Made by a program: the position numbers and the translations under genes
Source of the DNA: the human T2T-CHM13v2.0 reference genome, Homo sapiens
Strand: one strand, 5' to 3'
Assembly (NCBI RefSeq): GCF_009914755.1
Contig: NC_060926.1
DNA length: 64,000 bases
The notes under the pieces: generated by a model
Seen by the model: the letters and a program-made list of their open reading frames with translations, nothing else
Told to the model about the DNA's origin: nothing
The model's database searches: none
Shown: positions 1-11,339 of the stretch, piece by piece
Numbering within the stretch: position 1 is the stretch's first letter
How the letters are laid out: every line of letters begins with the position of its first letter

Positions 1-148
1 TCTTAAAGTGTGGTCCCTGGACCAACAGCAACAGCAATGTCTTAATAGTAGTTGACACACAAATTCTTGGGCTCTACCTAGTTGTTCAGGAACTCTGAGG
101 GTGGAGCCCAGTGATCTGACACACGCTAAAGTCTGTGAATCACTGCTT
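1..148. mobile_element. MER5A-like hAT-Charlie DNA transposon fragment
   Basis: AAAGTGTGGTCCCTGGACCA...ACTCTGAGGGTGGAGCCCAG...TAAAGTCTGTGAATCACTG resembles MER5A. Confidence 0.6.
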
Positions 149-225
149 AGAGAATAACTGTATAGACCTAGTCCACCAGATTTGCTTCTTCACATGTTTA
201 CTATTTTAAGTGACTTTTAAACCCT

Positions 226-610
226 TGTTAAATCAAGTTAGGTTTAAACCTGCCTCCTTACATATCTTAAGCTTGGCCTTAATGTTTTTCTGTACATTGT
301 AAACTATAACAAATGGAGGTGTAAACAGACGGTAGCCTACACTTGTGCCAATCATTGAGTTTTGACCAATCAAAGGTAGCCAACTGTTCAAACCATGTTC
401 AAGTAAGGCAAACACCAAGCTGTAACCAATACCTCACTTCCATTCTCTGTACGTCACTTTCCTTTTTCTGTCCATAAATTTTCTTCCACTAACTGGGTGT
501 GCTGGAGTCTCTAAGCCTACTCTGGCTCAGAAGGCTGCCCAATTCATGAATAATTCATTGCTGAATTAAACTCCTTTAAACTTAATTCGGTTGAAGTTTT
601 TCTTTTAACA
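226..610 (+). mobile_element. MER57A-type ERV1 solo LTR
   Basis: TGTTAAA...TTTTAACA termini; internal GCCTCCTTACATAT, CTTGTGCCAATCA, AATAAGGCAAAC-like motifs; imperfect 4-bp TSD ccct/cccg. Confidence 0.8.
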
Positions 611-885
611 CCCGTTTTCCTCTTGATAAGGTTTCTGATTTTCCAGACTATAAGTCTCAATGAAGAATTCAGGAAAGCCTAATTTCACATAGCTGAACAA
701 TGAATTATGTTACACTGTATCTGTGTCTCCCTAAATCTAAAATCCCCTATGAGAACTCATAGGAATCATGATTTAAGGAGACCAGAAAGACCTCTGCTTG
801 GTATTTTCCAGAAATATTATCCTTCTAAAAACTAGAAATATAATTGTATTTCTAAGCATTTTTCTAAATTTAAAAATGTTTTAAT

Positions 886-1440
886 TATCTATTGCTGCAT
901 AAATTTCATGGCTGGGAGAACAATGTTTTGATTTGCCCATAATTCTGTAAATCATAAATTGGACAGGGCTCAGCTGGAGTGGTTTTTCCACTTACATGTC
1001 ATTGTCTGGAATGTCTTACAGGGTTAAATTCCACTCCAATGGCATCTGGGGCTGGAATAACTAAGATGACTTGACTTACATATCTGGCACTTTAGCAGGG
1101 ATAGCTGAGATGCTGGACACCTGAGACTTCTATCTCTCTCTTTCTGCCCACTCCCACCCTACCCCACCCCATGGATGCTCAGGCCCCTTTTCATGGTGAC
1201 TAGATCCCAAAAGCGAGCATTTTAAGTCGTGACAGCAAAAGCTGTAGATGTCTTTAGGCCAAGCTTTGAAAGTTTCCCAGTGTCACTTCCACCAGATTCT
1301 ACTGACCAGAACAAGTCACAGGGCTAGCCTAGATCCCAAGGAAGGGGAAATTCATACTACTTCTTGATGCTGAAGCAGCATAGGCATACTGTGGGAGACC
1401 ACATAGATGGGCTTTCTGGTTGTAGCTACCTTTGGAAACA
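886..1440 (-). mobile_element. Old MaLR (MLT1-family) LTR
   Basis: ATCTATTGCTGCATAA...CAGGGCTCAGCTGG...GTCACTTCCACCAGATTCTACTG...AAGTCACAGGGCTAGCCTAGAT pattern. Confidence 0.55.
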
Positions 1441-1581
1441 TAATAGACTCCAGAAAAATTCATAAAGATTATATTCAGGAAAGCTTGTCTAAATATTATT
1501 TATAAAGATAGAAAGCAGGAATCAAATGCACAACTGTAAGGGACTGGTTCAATTATTGCATCATTAAAAATCCTGTTTGAG

Positions 1582-1876
<295 letters not shown>

Positions 1877-3137
1877 TTAGCATTTATATATATATATATA
1901 TAGAAAATAGAGAAATAGGATTCCAACTCCCAAAGAACAAGAATTAGAAATAAAGATAAATATCATTAAATCTAAGTCAGAATAAGCTAACAGAGGTACT
2001 TCCACCAAGTCTTATGAAAGTGAAGAGGAGAGTTTTAATCCTAACAACAGGGATAAAAGAAGACTTCCTCTTTTCTTTTTTTTTTTTTTTTTTCAGTTTC
2101 TGGAATTCCTCAGAAGACTCAACTTCTCAGGTTTTCTTCATGAGCAGTAATGAGTGAGTCAGAGAGGAAATGGCATCATCTAAATACGGTGGCATTGTTG
2201 CATGCAGAATGTTTCACTTTCAAACGCTTGGACTAAATGTGCTCAGTCAAAATAAATTAAAAATAAAGAATGGCCTAAATTGTGTAGGTGGATGATGCAG
2301 CTCTTCATTCCTTTCAGTGAGCTGAGGACCCAGGTTGAATGTGGCCAAACTGACAAAAATTCCTCCTGCCTCTCAAGTGTCTTTCAGGAACAAGCATTTC
2401 CCAGAGCATTTCCCAATAGGATTCTAGTGTTTATATGAGGTCTATTTTGTACTATTTTTTTTACTCAAAATACAAATTAGATACATGACCTGGAAGTCAA
2501 TCAAAGTGTCCTGTTTTCCAGTAATGGAGGAAAAACTGTCCACACTGGACTTATTTAAAGAATATAGGCTTCTGGCATGTTGCCTCCATTGAAGAGCTGC
2601 AGTTTGTTTAGAGGTCATTGGGGCCCTAAAATTCTACATCCCCACTTTGTACAGATGTAGAAACTGAGGACCAAAGTAGTCAAAGTCTAGAACCCTTAGG
2701 TTCTAATTATGCCTGTTCCTTTTCCCTCTCCCTTCTATACTGTGTTTCTGTGGGGATTCTACAATTCTCAATTGCTACACAATCCCTTAGGGGGATAACA
2801 ATATTGCAGATTATTACTGATTATTTTGTTTAGCTGCTTAAGCCTCTTTATAAACCTGCCTCTCTCCTGACAGAGGTGATAGTCTTTCACAGGATTCTCT
2901 GGCTTCAGTCACCACACACTTGTTTAAAATATGGAATATTTAGCATTGAATGCAGGAACTATTCATTGATTTACAGGAAATACATGCGCAACTCTGACCA
3001 TATGCCAAACTCCATTCCAGCCAGGAAGGGTGGGCGCCTGTAACATTTTCCTTGCTTTCTCCATACCTGCTTTCACTGCTTTCACACTAACTTTCAGGAA
3101 AAGAAAGCAATAATTCATGCATACTGCATGTTCTATA

Positions 3138-5493
3138 CAGGCATACATTGCCTTATTGCATTTCGCTTTATTGCACTTTGTGGATATTTCATTTCATACA
3201 AATTGAAGGTCTATGGCAACTGTGTCACACAAGTCCATTGACACCATTTTTCTAACAGTGTGTGCTCCCTTCATGTCTCAGTGTCATATTTTGGTAATTC
3301 TTGTGACATTGCAAGCTTTTTCATTATTATATCTGTTATGGTGATCTGTGATCAGTGATCTTTGATGTTACTATTATAATTGTCTTGGGATGCCACAAAC
3401 CATGCCCGTATAACTTGGTGAACTTAACCAATAAATGTGTGTGTTCTGATTGCTCCACTGGCCATTTCCCTGTCTTTCTTTCTCTGCATGGGCATCCCTA
3501 CTCCCCAAGACACAATATTAAAATTATGCCAGTTAATAATAACTTTACAATGGTCTCTAAGTGTTCTAGTCAAAGGAAGTGTCACAGGTCTCTCACTTTA
3601 AATCAAAAGCTAGAAATGACTAACCTTAGTGAGGAAGGCATGTTGAAAGCAGAGACAGGCTGAAAGCTAGGCCTCTTTTGCCAAATGGTTTAGTTAATGT
3701 GTGAATGCAAAATAAAGCTCTTGAAGGAAATTAAAAGTGCTACTCCGGTGAACACAAAAATGATAAGAAAGCAAAACAACCTTATTGCTGACATGAAGAA
3801 AGTTTGGGAGGACTGGATAGAAGATCAAACAGGTCATACAATGTTCCCTTAAGAGCTAAAGGCTAATCCAGAGCAAGGCCCTAACTCTTTAATTCTGTGA
3901 AGGCTTACAGGTAAGGGCACTGCTGAAGAGGTTGCTTCATGAGGTTTAAGGAAGAAGCCAGCTCCATAACATAAAACTGTAAGGTGAAACAGCAAATGCT
4001 GACCTAGAAGCTGCAGCAAAGTACCCAGAAGATCTAGCTACACCATACAACAGGTTTTCAAGTAGAGGAAATAGACTTCTAGTGGAAGAAGATCCCATCT
4101 AAGACTTTCGCAGCTAGAACATAGAAGACAACGCCTGGCTTCAAAGATTCAAAGAACAGGCTGACTCTCTTGTTAGGGGCTAATGCAGCTGGTGACGTTA
4201 TATTGAAGCCAATGCTCATTTACCATTCTAAAAATTCTAGGAACCTTAAGAATTATGCCAAATTTACTCTGTCTATGTTCTATAAATGAAGCAACAAAGT
4301 CTGGATGACAGCACATCTGTTTAGAGCAGGATTTACTGAATACTTAAATCTATTATACAGACCCACTGCTCACAGAAAAAGATTCCTTTCAAAATATTAC
4401 TGCTCATTGACTATGCACATGGTCACAAAGAACTCTGATAGATTAATGTTGTTTTCATACCGGCTAATGCAACATCCATTCTGCAGCCCATGGAACAAGG
4501 AGTAATTTTGATTTGCAAGTCTTATTCTTTAAGAAATACATTTTGCAAGGCTATAGATGCCATAGATAGTGATTCCTCTAATGGATGTGAGCAAAGAAAA
4601 TTGAAAATATTTTTTAAATGTTTCACCATTCTAGGTGCCACTAGGAATATTTCATGATTCATGTGAGGAGGTAAAAATATCACGGATACTAGGAGATTAG
4701 AAGTTGATTCCAATCCTCATGGATGGCTTTGAGGAGTTCAAGACTTCAGTGGAGGGAGTATATGCAGATGTTGTAGAAATAGTAAAAGAACTAGGATTAG
4801 AAGTGTAGCCTGAAGATGTGACTGAATTGCTTCAGTCTCCTGATAAAACTTTAACAGATGATGAGTTGTTTCTTATGGATGAGCAAAGAATGTGGTTTTT
4901 GGTTTGTTTTGTTTTATTTTGTTGTTTTGTTTTTTGAGGTGGAATCTTCCTCTGATGACTATGCTGTGATCATTGAAATGACAACAAAGGATTTTGAATA
5001 TTTCATGAACTTGGTTGATAAAACAGTGATAGGTTTTGAGAGGATTATCTCTAATTTTGAAAGAAGTTCTATTGTGGGTAAAATGCCATCAAACAACATC
5101 ACAGGCTGCAGAGGATTCTTTCACGAAAAGAAGAGTCAACTGATTCTGCAAACTTCATTTTCTTATTTTAAGAAATTGCAACAGCCATCCCAACTTGCAG
5201 CAACCACCATTCTGCTCAGTCAGCAACCATCGACATTGAGGCAAGACCCTCCACCAGCTGAAGGCTGGGGTCTTCGATGATTGTTAGCATTTTTTAGTAA
5301 TATTCTTTAATTGAAAAGTACATTTTTGGACATATGCTATTGTACACTTAATAGACTACAGTGTAGTGTAAATATTACTTTTATATGGGCTGAGAAACCA
5401 AAAAATTTGTATGACTCAATTCATATGTGGTTTATCATGTGCTTTATTATGGTGGTCTGGAACTGAACCTGCAATATCTCTGTGGTATGCCTT
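3138..5493 (+). mobile_element. Near full-length Tigger1 (TcMar) DNA transposon with decayed transposase
   Basis: TA|CAGGCATAC 5' TIR and ...GGTCTGGAACTGAACCTGCAATATCTCTGTGGTATGCCTT|TA 3' end; ORF fragment SKCSSQRKCHRSLTLNQKLEMTNLSEEGMLKAETG matches the Tigger1 transposase N-terminus, then stops and frameshifts. Confidence 0.92.
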
Positions 5494-6384
5494 TAACTGA
5501 TAGTAACCAAATCCCAGCTCCTAAAACCCATAGAGTATGACGTGTATCCCCTGAGTATTGGTACTGTCTTGATCTCAGCTCTCAAGGTCAAAAACCCCTC
5601 AGCCCTAGGGACATACTGGGCAGGTTTTTGGTTTTTTGTTTGTTTCTTTTTCCTGCTAGCCTGGAAAGCTTTGAAAAGAATGTATAGACAGGAAATTAGG
5701 GGAAATAGAGTAATCTCACTCCACACAAAACTTTCATCCAATCTACAATAATAAATTATTAATTAACTTAATGTTAAAAATGCAAACAAAAAATATTTTC
5801 TACTAGAAGCAATCCCTACCTGACATGCTCATAGGAGTAATTTGCCTACTTTAACCAAAACATTACTTCCTCCTCAATAGCTAAACATACTTTTTAGATT
5901 TCATGATTAACCAAAATGAGAATAATTTTTTATAAATGATCTCCTGTTTCATGGCCCTTAAATACCTAGTCCTACTTGATAAACATGAGTAGTCTGGCTT
6001 AACCACGTTCCAAAGCCTCATTTTGCTTCTGCTCATTATTTAGCAGCTTTGGTTACATACTTGCTTGTTGTATCTGGTTATAACCCTTTCTACTAATTGG
6101 AGAATGAGACACTTGCAACATATTTTAATATCCAGCCAGCATAAGCAATGTGGAAGTGTCTTCTCAGATCTATCATGAGCAAGAGGCCAAAGAGGAAAAA
6201 ATAAAATTATCTGATAGTACCCACTATTGTTCCCCAACATCTGGGATGGATCCTACATGAGAATTAACTTCTGTTCCTTCCCCAAATTATCGTTCCTTCC
6301 TCAAGTTACCATCTGCTTCTGTTACTATAATTCACCGCCTCCTCAATTAAGCTTTGTTTTCTTCAACTTCTATCCTAGGTTGGG

Positions 6385-6878
6385 GAATTAATTTACTGCT
6401 GCTGCTATAACAAATTACTATAAATTTAGTGGCTTAGAACAACACACACTTATTATCTTACAGTTCTGCACGTTGGATGTCTAACATGGGCTTCACTGGG
6501 CTAATATCGGGGGGTTGACAGGGCTGAAATAGTTTCTGGAAGATCCAGAGAGGAATCCTTTTCCTTACCTCTTCCAGCTTCTAGAGGCTGCCCACATTTC
6601 TTGGCTCATGGCCCCTTTCTCCAGCCAGCAACATTGCATCTGTCTCATTATTGCTCTGGAGTCTCTCATCACAGTTGGGAAAGGTTCTCAGCTTTTAAGG
6701 AGCCATATGACTCGATAGACACACAGCGATAATTGAGATTGGGATAATGATATTTCCCAATCTCAAGGTTCTTAACCCTAGTCACACCTGCAAAGTCCCT
6801 TTTGCCATGTAAGGTAACATATTTATAGATTCTAGGGATTAGGGCATGGACATTCTGGAGGCCATTATATTGCCTACA
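6385..6878 (-). mobile_element. MLT1 (B/C/D-like) MaLR LTR
   Basis: GCTGCTATAACAAATTAC...TTATCTTACAGTTCTG...CTTCCAGCTTCTAGAGGCTGCCCACATT...GCAAAGTCCCTTTTGCCATGTAAGGTAACAT. Confidence 0.8.
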
Positions 6879-6934
6879 ATGGTTGGTTTCTGACCATTTC
6901 CTCTTTCTCTCCCCCTGAACCGGGGAACTAATTA

Positions 6935-8793
6935 GGAAATCATTTGCTAATATTAGCCTGTAACTGTCGGTGGATATTTCCAGTCTGATGTAAGCTTATG
7001 TAATGGGCAATATCTTCATGTTACTTATATTAACATTATTGCTTCTATTAAATAATAGATTAGTCCAATGTGATGTAAGGAGTTCAGTAGTGTGATTAGA
7101 ATTTAGGATAGTCAGATGTTGAGCTTGAACGCTTTCTTAATTGGTGGCTGCTTTGGGGTCAACTATTGCGTCTGGAATTGGTGCGTTCTTGGTCTCACTG
7201 ACTTCAAGAATGAAGCCGCGGACTTTCACGGTGAGTGTTACAGTTCTTAAAGGCAGTGTGTCCGGAGTTTGTTCCTTCTGATATTCAGATGTGTTCAGAG
7301 TTTCTTCCTTCTGGTGGGTTCCTGGTCTCACTGGCTCAGGAGTGAAGCTGCAGACCTTCGTGGTGAGTGTTACAGCTCATAAAGGCAGTGTGGACCCAAA
7401 GAGTGAGCAACAGCAAGATTTATTGCAAAGAGCAAAAGAACAAACCTTCCACAGTGTGGAAGGGGACCCCAGCGGGTTGCCACTGCTGGCTGGGGCAGCC
7501 TGCTTTTATTCTCTTATCTGGCCCCACCCACATCCTGCTGATTGGTCCATTTTACAGAGAGCCGAGTGGTCTGTTTTGACGGGGCACTGATTGGTGCCTT
7601 TACAATCCCTGAGCTAGACACAAAGGTTCTCCACGTCCCCACTAGATTAGCTAGATACAGAGCTTCGATTGGTGCATTCACAAACCCTGAGCTAGACACA
7701 GGGTGCTGATTGGTGTGTTTACAAATCTTGAGCTAGATACAGAGTGCCGATTGGTGTATTTACAATCCCCTAGCTAGACATAAAGGTTCTCCAAGTCCCC
7801 ACCAGTCAGGAGCCCAGCTGGCTTCACCCAGTGGATCCTGCACTGGGGTCACAGGTGGAGCTGCCTGCCAGTCCCGTGCCTTGGGCCCGCACTCCTCAGC
7901 CCTTGGGTGGTCGATGGGACTGGGTGCGGTGGAGCACAGGGTGGCACTTGTAGGGGAGGCTCCAGCTGCACAGGAGCCCACTCGGGGGGTGTGGGGGGAG
8001 TGGTGCGGGGGTGAGAGGCAGTGTGGGACCCACCAAGCCCATGCCCACCTGGAACTCCAGCTGACCCGCAAGTGCTGCACGCAGCCCCGGTTCCCGCTGG
8101 CGCCTCTCCCTCCACACCTCCCTGTAAGTTGAGGGAGCCAGCTCTGGCCTTGGCCAGCCCAGAAAGGGGCTCCCACAGTGCAGCGGCAGGCTGAAGGGCT
8201 CCTCAAGTGCCGCCAAAGTGGGAGCCCAGGCAGAGGAGGCGCCCAGAGCCAGTGAGGGCTGTGAGGGCTGCCAGCACACTGTCACCTCTCACTATGATGG
8301 TAATATTTTTTTACCCTCTGCAGGAAGGTTGTTTCCTAGAGTCTAACGACCTGTCCCTCTTTAGATTAACAGTTAAACTTACAGGGAGATTATGTAATTC
8401 TGTGGGAAAGTTTAAAGTTGAACTAAGATTCTGTCTTGGAAAACCAGCTATCACCAGGCTTGGTAGGCTTGTCACCCCTACTCATGAATCTTCCCCCTAT
8501 TTTGCCACATAGTTGGGTGTGCTCTTTCAGCTGTTCTTGAGTAGCTTGTCTGGTTTGGGGAGACTTGGCTTTGGTTATCTATGTAAAGTTATTTCTAGTT
8601 AATACATTATGCAGAAGGTATAAGGGTTGGTCTTTGCTTTTTTATGCTTGTCTTAGTTTTTTCATCTTTCCCTTATGGTACTATGTCTATTGCACAAGGT
8701 AAAAATATCTATCACCTATACTTCTGTTTAGGTAAGTGATTTAATTAAGATAATTTGATAATATTTTTAGAGAAGTTTGGGTCTAGAATTGGC
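6935..8793 (-). pseudogene. mt 16S rRNA pseudogene, 5' ~700 nt, split by LTR12C
   Basis: Reverse complement contains AAGCAGCCACCAATTAAGAAAGCGTTCAAGCTCAACA and GCCTGGTGATAGCTGGTT; sequence resumes in register across the LTR. Confidence 0.93.
7167..8291 (-). mobile_element. LTR12C-type (HERV9) solo LTR inserted in the NUMT
   Basis: Minus strand begins TGAGAGGTGACAGTGTGCTGGCAG and ends ...CACCAATTCCAGACGCA; perfect 4-bp TSD CTAT (7163-7166, 8292-8295); tandem CCAAT repeats 7540-7755. Confidence 0.95.
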
Positions 8794-8863
8794 TCAAAGA
8801 GATCAAGTTGTGATGAAATCTTGTGGTGTAAGCCAGATGCTTTGGGTTAAGTTACACACTTTG
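8794..8863 (-). pseudogene. mt tRNA-Val relic (anticodon TAC)
   Basis: Lies between 12S and 16S; CAAAGTG...CTTAACCCAAAGCATCTGGCTTACACC. Confidence 0.85.
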
Positions 8864-9803
8864 ATTTTTCCAAGCACACTTTCCAGTATGCTTACCATGT
8901 TACAACTTATGTCGTCTATATATGGGTAGAGAGCTTTAGTAGTATTTGTTTCTAGAATAATATTTGAGGATGGTTATGGGTGGCGTGTGTGTGCTTCATG
9001 ACCCTATTCAACCAAGCACTCAGCTCTTGGTTTACTGCTAAATCCTCTTTGAGCCCTTAGATTTCATAAAGGCTATCATGAGATTTTCTGGGTAAAGAAA
9101 ATATAGCCTCATAGGCTACACCTTGACCTAACATTTTTATGTGTATACTTGTGCTTACTTTGCAACCTTTCTAGGGTTTGCTGAAGATGGTGGCATATAG
9201 GCTGGGGGCAAGAGGTGGTGAGGTGCATCGGGGTTTATCAATTATAGAACAGGCTCCTCTAGATGGATATAAAGCACTGCCAAGTCCTTTGAGTTTTAAC
9301 CTGTTGCTTGTAGTATTCTGGTAAATTGTTTTGTTAATTTAACTATTATAGTTTAGGGCTAAGCATAGTTGGGTATCTAATCCCAGTTTGGGTCTTAGTT
9401 ATTGTGTTTTCAGGATATTAAAGCCACTTTTGTAGTTTATTTTATTTCAGCTGGAGTTTTTTTACAACTTAGATGGAGTTTATCTTTATTGAGGGTAGAT
9501 CTTAAACACTCTTTATGCCAAGATCTATTAGCTTGGGTTAATCATATAACCACAGTGGCTAGCACGAAATTGACCAACCCTAAGTATTAGTAGAGCTTTT
9601 AAACTTTTGCTTATTGCTAAAGATTTATCACTGCTGTTTCCTGTGGGGGTGTGATTGAACAAAGTATTTTGAGGTGCATTTGTGTGTGCTTGATACTTGC
9701 TCCTTTTGATTCAGGTGATCTAGAGGGCATCTTCACTGGGATGGGGATGCTTGCATGTGTAATCTTACTAAGAGTTAACAGAAAGACCAGGACCAAACCT
9801 TTA
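8864..9803 (-). pseudogene. mt 12S rRNA pseudogene
   Basis: AGGTTTGGTCCT start, AAACTGGGATTAGATACCC, GTAACATGGTAAGCATACTGGAAAGTGTGCTTGG end. Confidence 0.95.
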
Positions 9804-9874
9804 TGTTTATGGGGTCGTGCAGACCCATCTAGACATTTTCAGTGTCTTGCTTGGAATAATTAAGCTACATTAAC
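9804..9874 (-). pseudogene. mt tRNA-Phe relic (GAA)
   Basis: GTTAATGTAGCTTAA...CACTGAAAATGTCTAGATGG...CCCCATAAACA. Confidence 0.9.
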
Positions 9875-11200
9875 TGCATAAATGTTTGAGTATAAAATTA
9901 AAATATAAGGGGAAGAAATAGTCATTTACAATTATGGTAATTTAAGTGGTTTAACTTGAATTGGCAGAAGTTTGATTGAGAGGGGTTTTACATTAGGGGT
10001 AATTGTTTTAGGCTGTTGTTTATGGGTAGCACTTTCAGAGGGTTATGTTCAAGGTATTATATTAGTACGAGGGTGAAAATTTAGTTATTATATTTGTTAT
10101 ATAAGTAGAGGCTTAATTTAGTAGAAAGATTTTTAAGATTTTTGGGAAACACATCAATCAAAGGGCACCTGTTGGGGTATTCATGATTAAAATATGACTT
10201 TTGGACTCTAACTGGGTTTTAGTCTCTTGTTTTTGGGGTTTGGCAAGGGTACACTTACCTAGGTTGATGGTAAAGTCAGGGGTGGGGGAGGGGGAGTTTG
10301 TGGATTAAGTTGAAAATAGTTCTTGAAAATAGGCGTACATGATCGTGCCTACATGATCATGCATACGTGATCGTGCATACTTGTCTATTGGTTACTCATT
10401 ATGTCCTTTAAGCATGAATTAATTAACATCTTATGGTTGTTATGCCAGGTCAGAATATTAAATATAAGCTCAGTTTCTACAACTGGTTTGGCAGAAATCA
10501 AATCCGAGTTTGTCTACAGTGATTCAGAGGGGACCAGGCCTTTCGCGATGGTAATAGCATCCCCCAAAGTTAAAAATACCAAATGCATGACAGTGCTCCC
10601 CTGACTGGCTAATAGGGTGATAGTCACTAGTCCATTGAGATGTCTTATTTAAGAGGAACGTGTGGTCGATCTTAGTTTTATGGCCCTGAGGTAAGAACCA
10701 GATGCCAGGTATAGTTTCAGTATAGTCACCCCCAAGTGTTATGGGCCCGGAGCGAGGAAGGTAGTACTCCCGAGTGGGATGATGATTTCTCGGAGGTTGG
10801 TAGATTAAGAGACCAAAATTTGGGAGGGGATATTCATGTTGACAAGGACTTTTTTGACTGAAATGTGCTATGTTCGATGAAAATTTTATGTACTATGTAA
10901 TATTAAGGATTTTTAGTATGGGTCGATATTCGTATTGACTGGATTTTGTTGTACGATTAATGATAGTGAATGTGCAATAGTTGGAGAGTCATTAATACAT
11001 GCTTATATGCTTATATGTATGTGGATTGTATTTTTAATGTACCTTGATGTATTAATGTACTATGTACAGTTAAGCAATTATAGTACAACATATTATTCAT
11101 GGGGGCTAGCAGTAATGCACGAAGTACATAAGAGCACTAATGTGTTAGTGCTAGTTCATTAATACTGGCATGGTAGTTAAAGTGTGTGCTGAAAAAAGTG
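9875..11200 (-). pseudogene. mt control region (D-loop) relic, ~1326 bp
   Basis: CSB3 TGCCAAACCCCAAAAAC (10229-10245), CSB2 C-tract (10282-10300), CSB1 ...GGACATA (10400-10426), central domain (CATCTGGTTCTTAC, CTTAAATAAGACATCTC), TAS-like TACATAGTACA motifs. Confidence 0.92.
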
Positions 11201-11269
11201 CAAGGAATAGTTTAATCAGAATTTCAGCTTTGGGTGTTGATGGTGAAGTGGGTATACTTTTTTTCCTGA
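11201..11269 (+). pseudogene. mt tRNA-Pro relic (TGG)
   Basis: CAAGGAATAGTTTAA...CAGCTTTGGGTGTTGATGGTG. Confidence 0.88.
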
Positions 11270-11271
11270 GT

Positions 11272-11338
11272 TGTACTGGGGAGGAAATTCTCCATTTCTG
11301 GTTTACAAGACCAGAGTATTGAATTATATTACAAGGGC
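11272..11338 (-). pseudogene. mt tRNA-Thr relic (TGT)
   Basis: GCCCTTGTAATATA...CTGGTCTTGTAAACCAGAAATGGAG. Confidence 0.88.
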
Positions 11339-11339
11339 A

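Noticed and set aside
7540-7775. Regularly spaced ~41-bp repeats resembling a CRISPR array
   Set aside because: These are the tandem CCAAT enhancer repeats of LTR12; no unique spacers and a eukaryotic context.
7137-8285. Multiple overlapping ORFs of 60-148 aa
   Set aside because: Expected by chance in GC-rich LTR12 sequence.
8207-8512. LTR-NUMT chimeric 101-aa ORF, overlapping the SHLP2-equivalent position
   Set aside because: Non-ATG start, antisense to both LTR and rRNA, and the SHLP2 frame is not preserved; no coding evidence.
6935-8793. Humanin-like (MTRNR2L) ORF
   Set aside because: The 16S relic ends after ~700 nt, before the humanin-coding region.
9065-9115. Nuclear MOTS-c ORF in 12S
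   Set aside because: The minus strand reads ATGAG-GCTATATTTTC: ~14 bp after the ATG are missing relative to human, destroying the frame.
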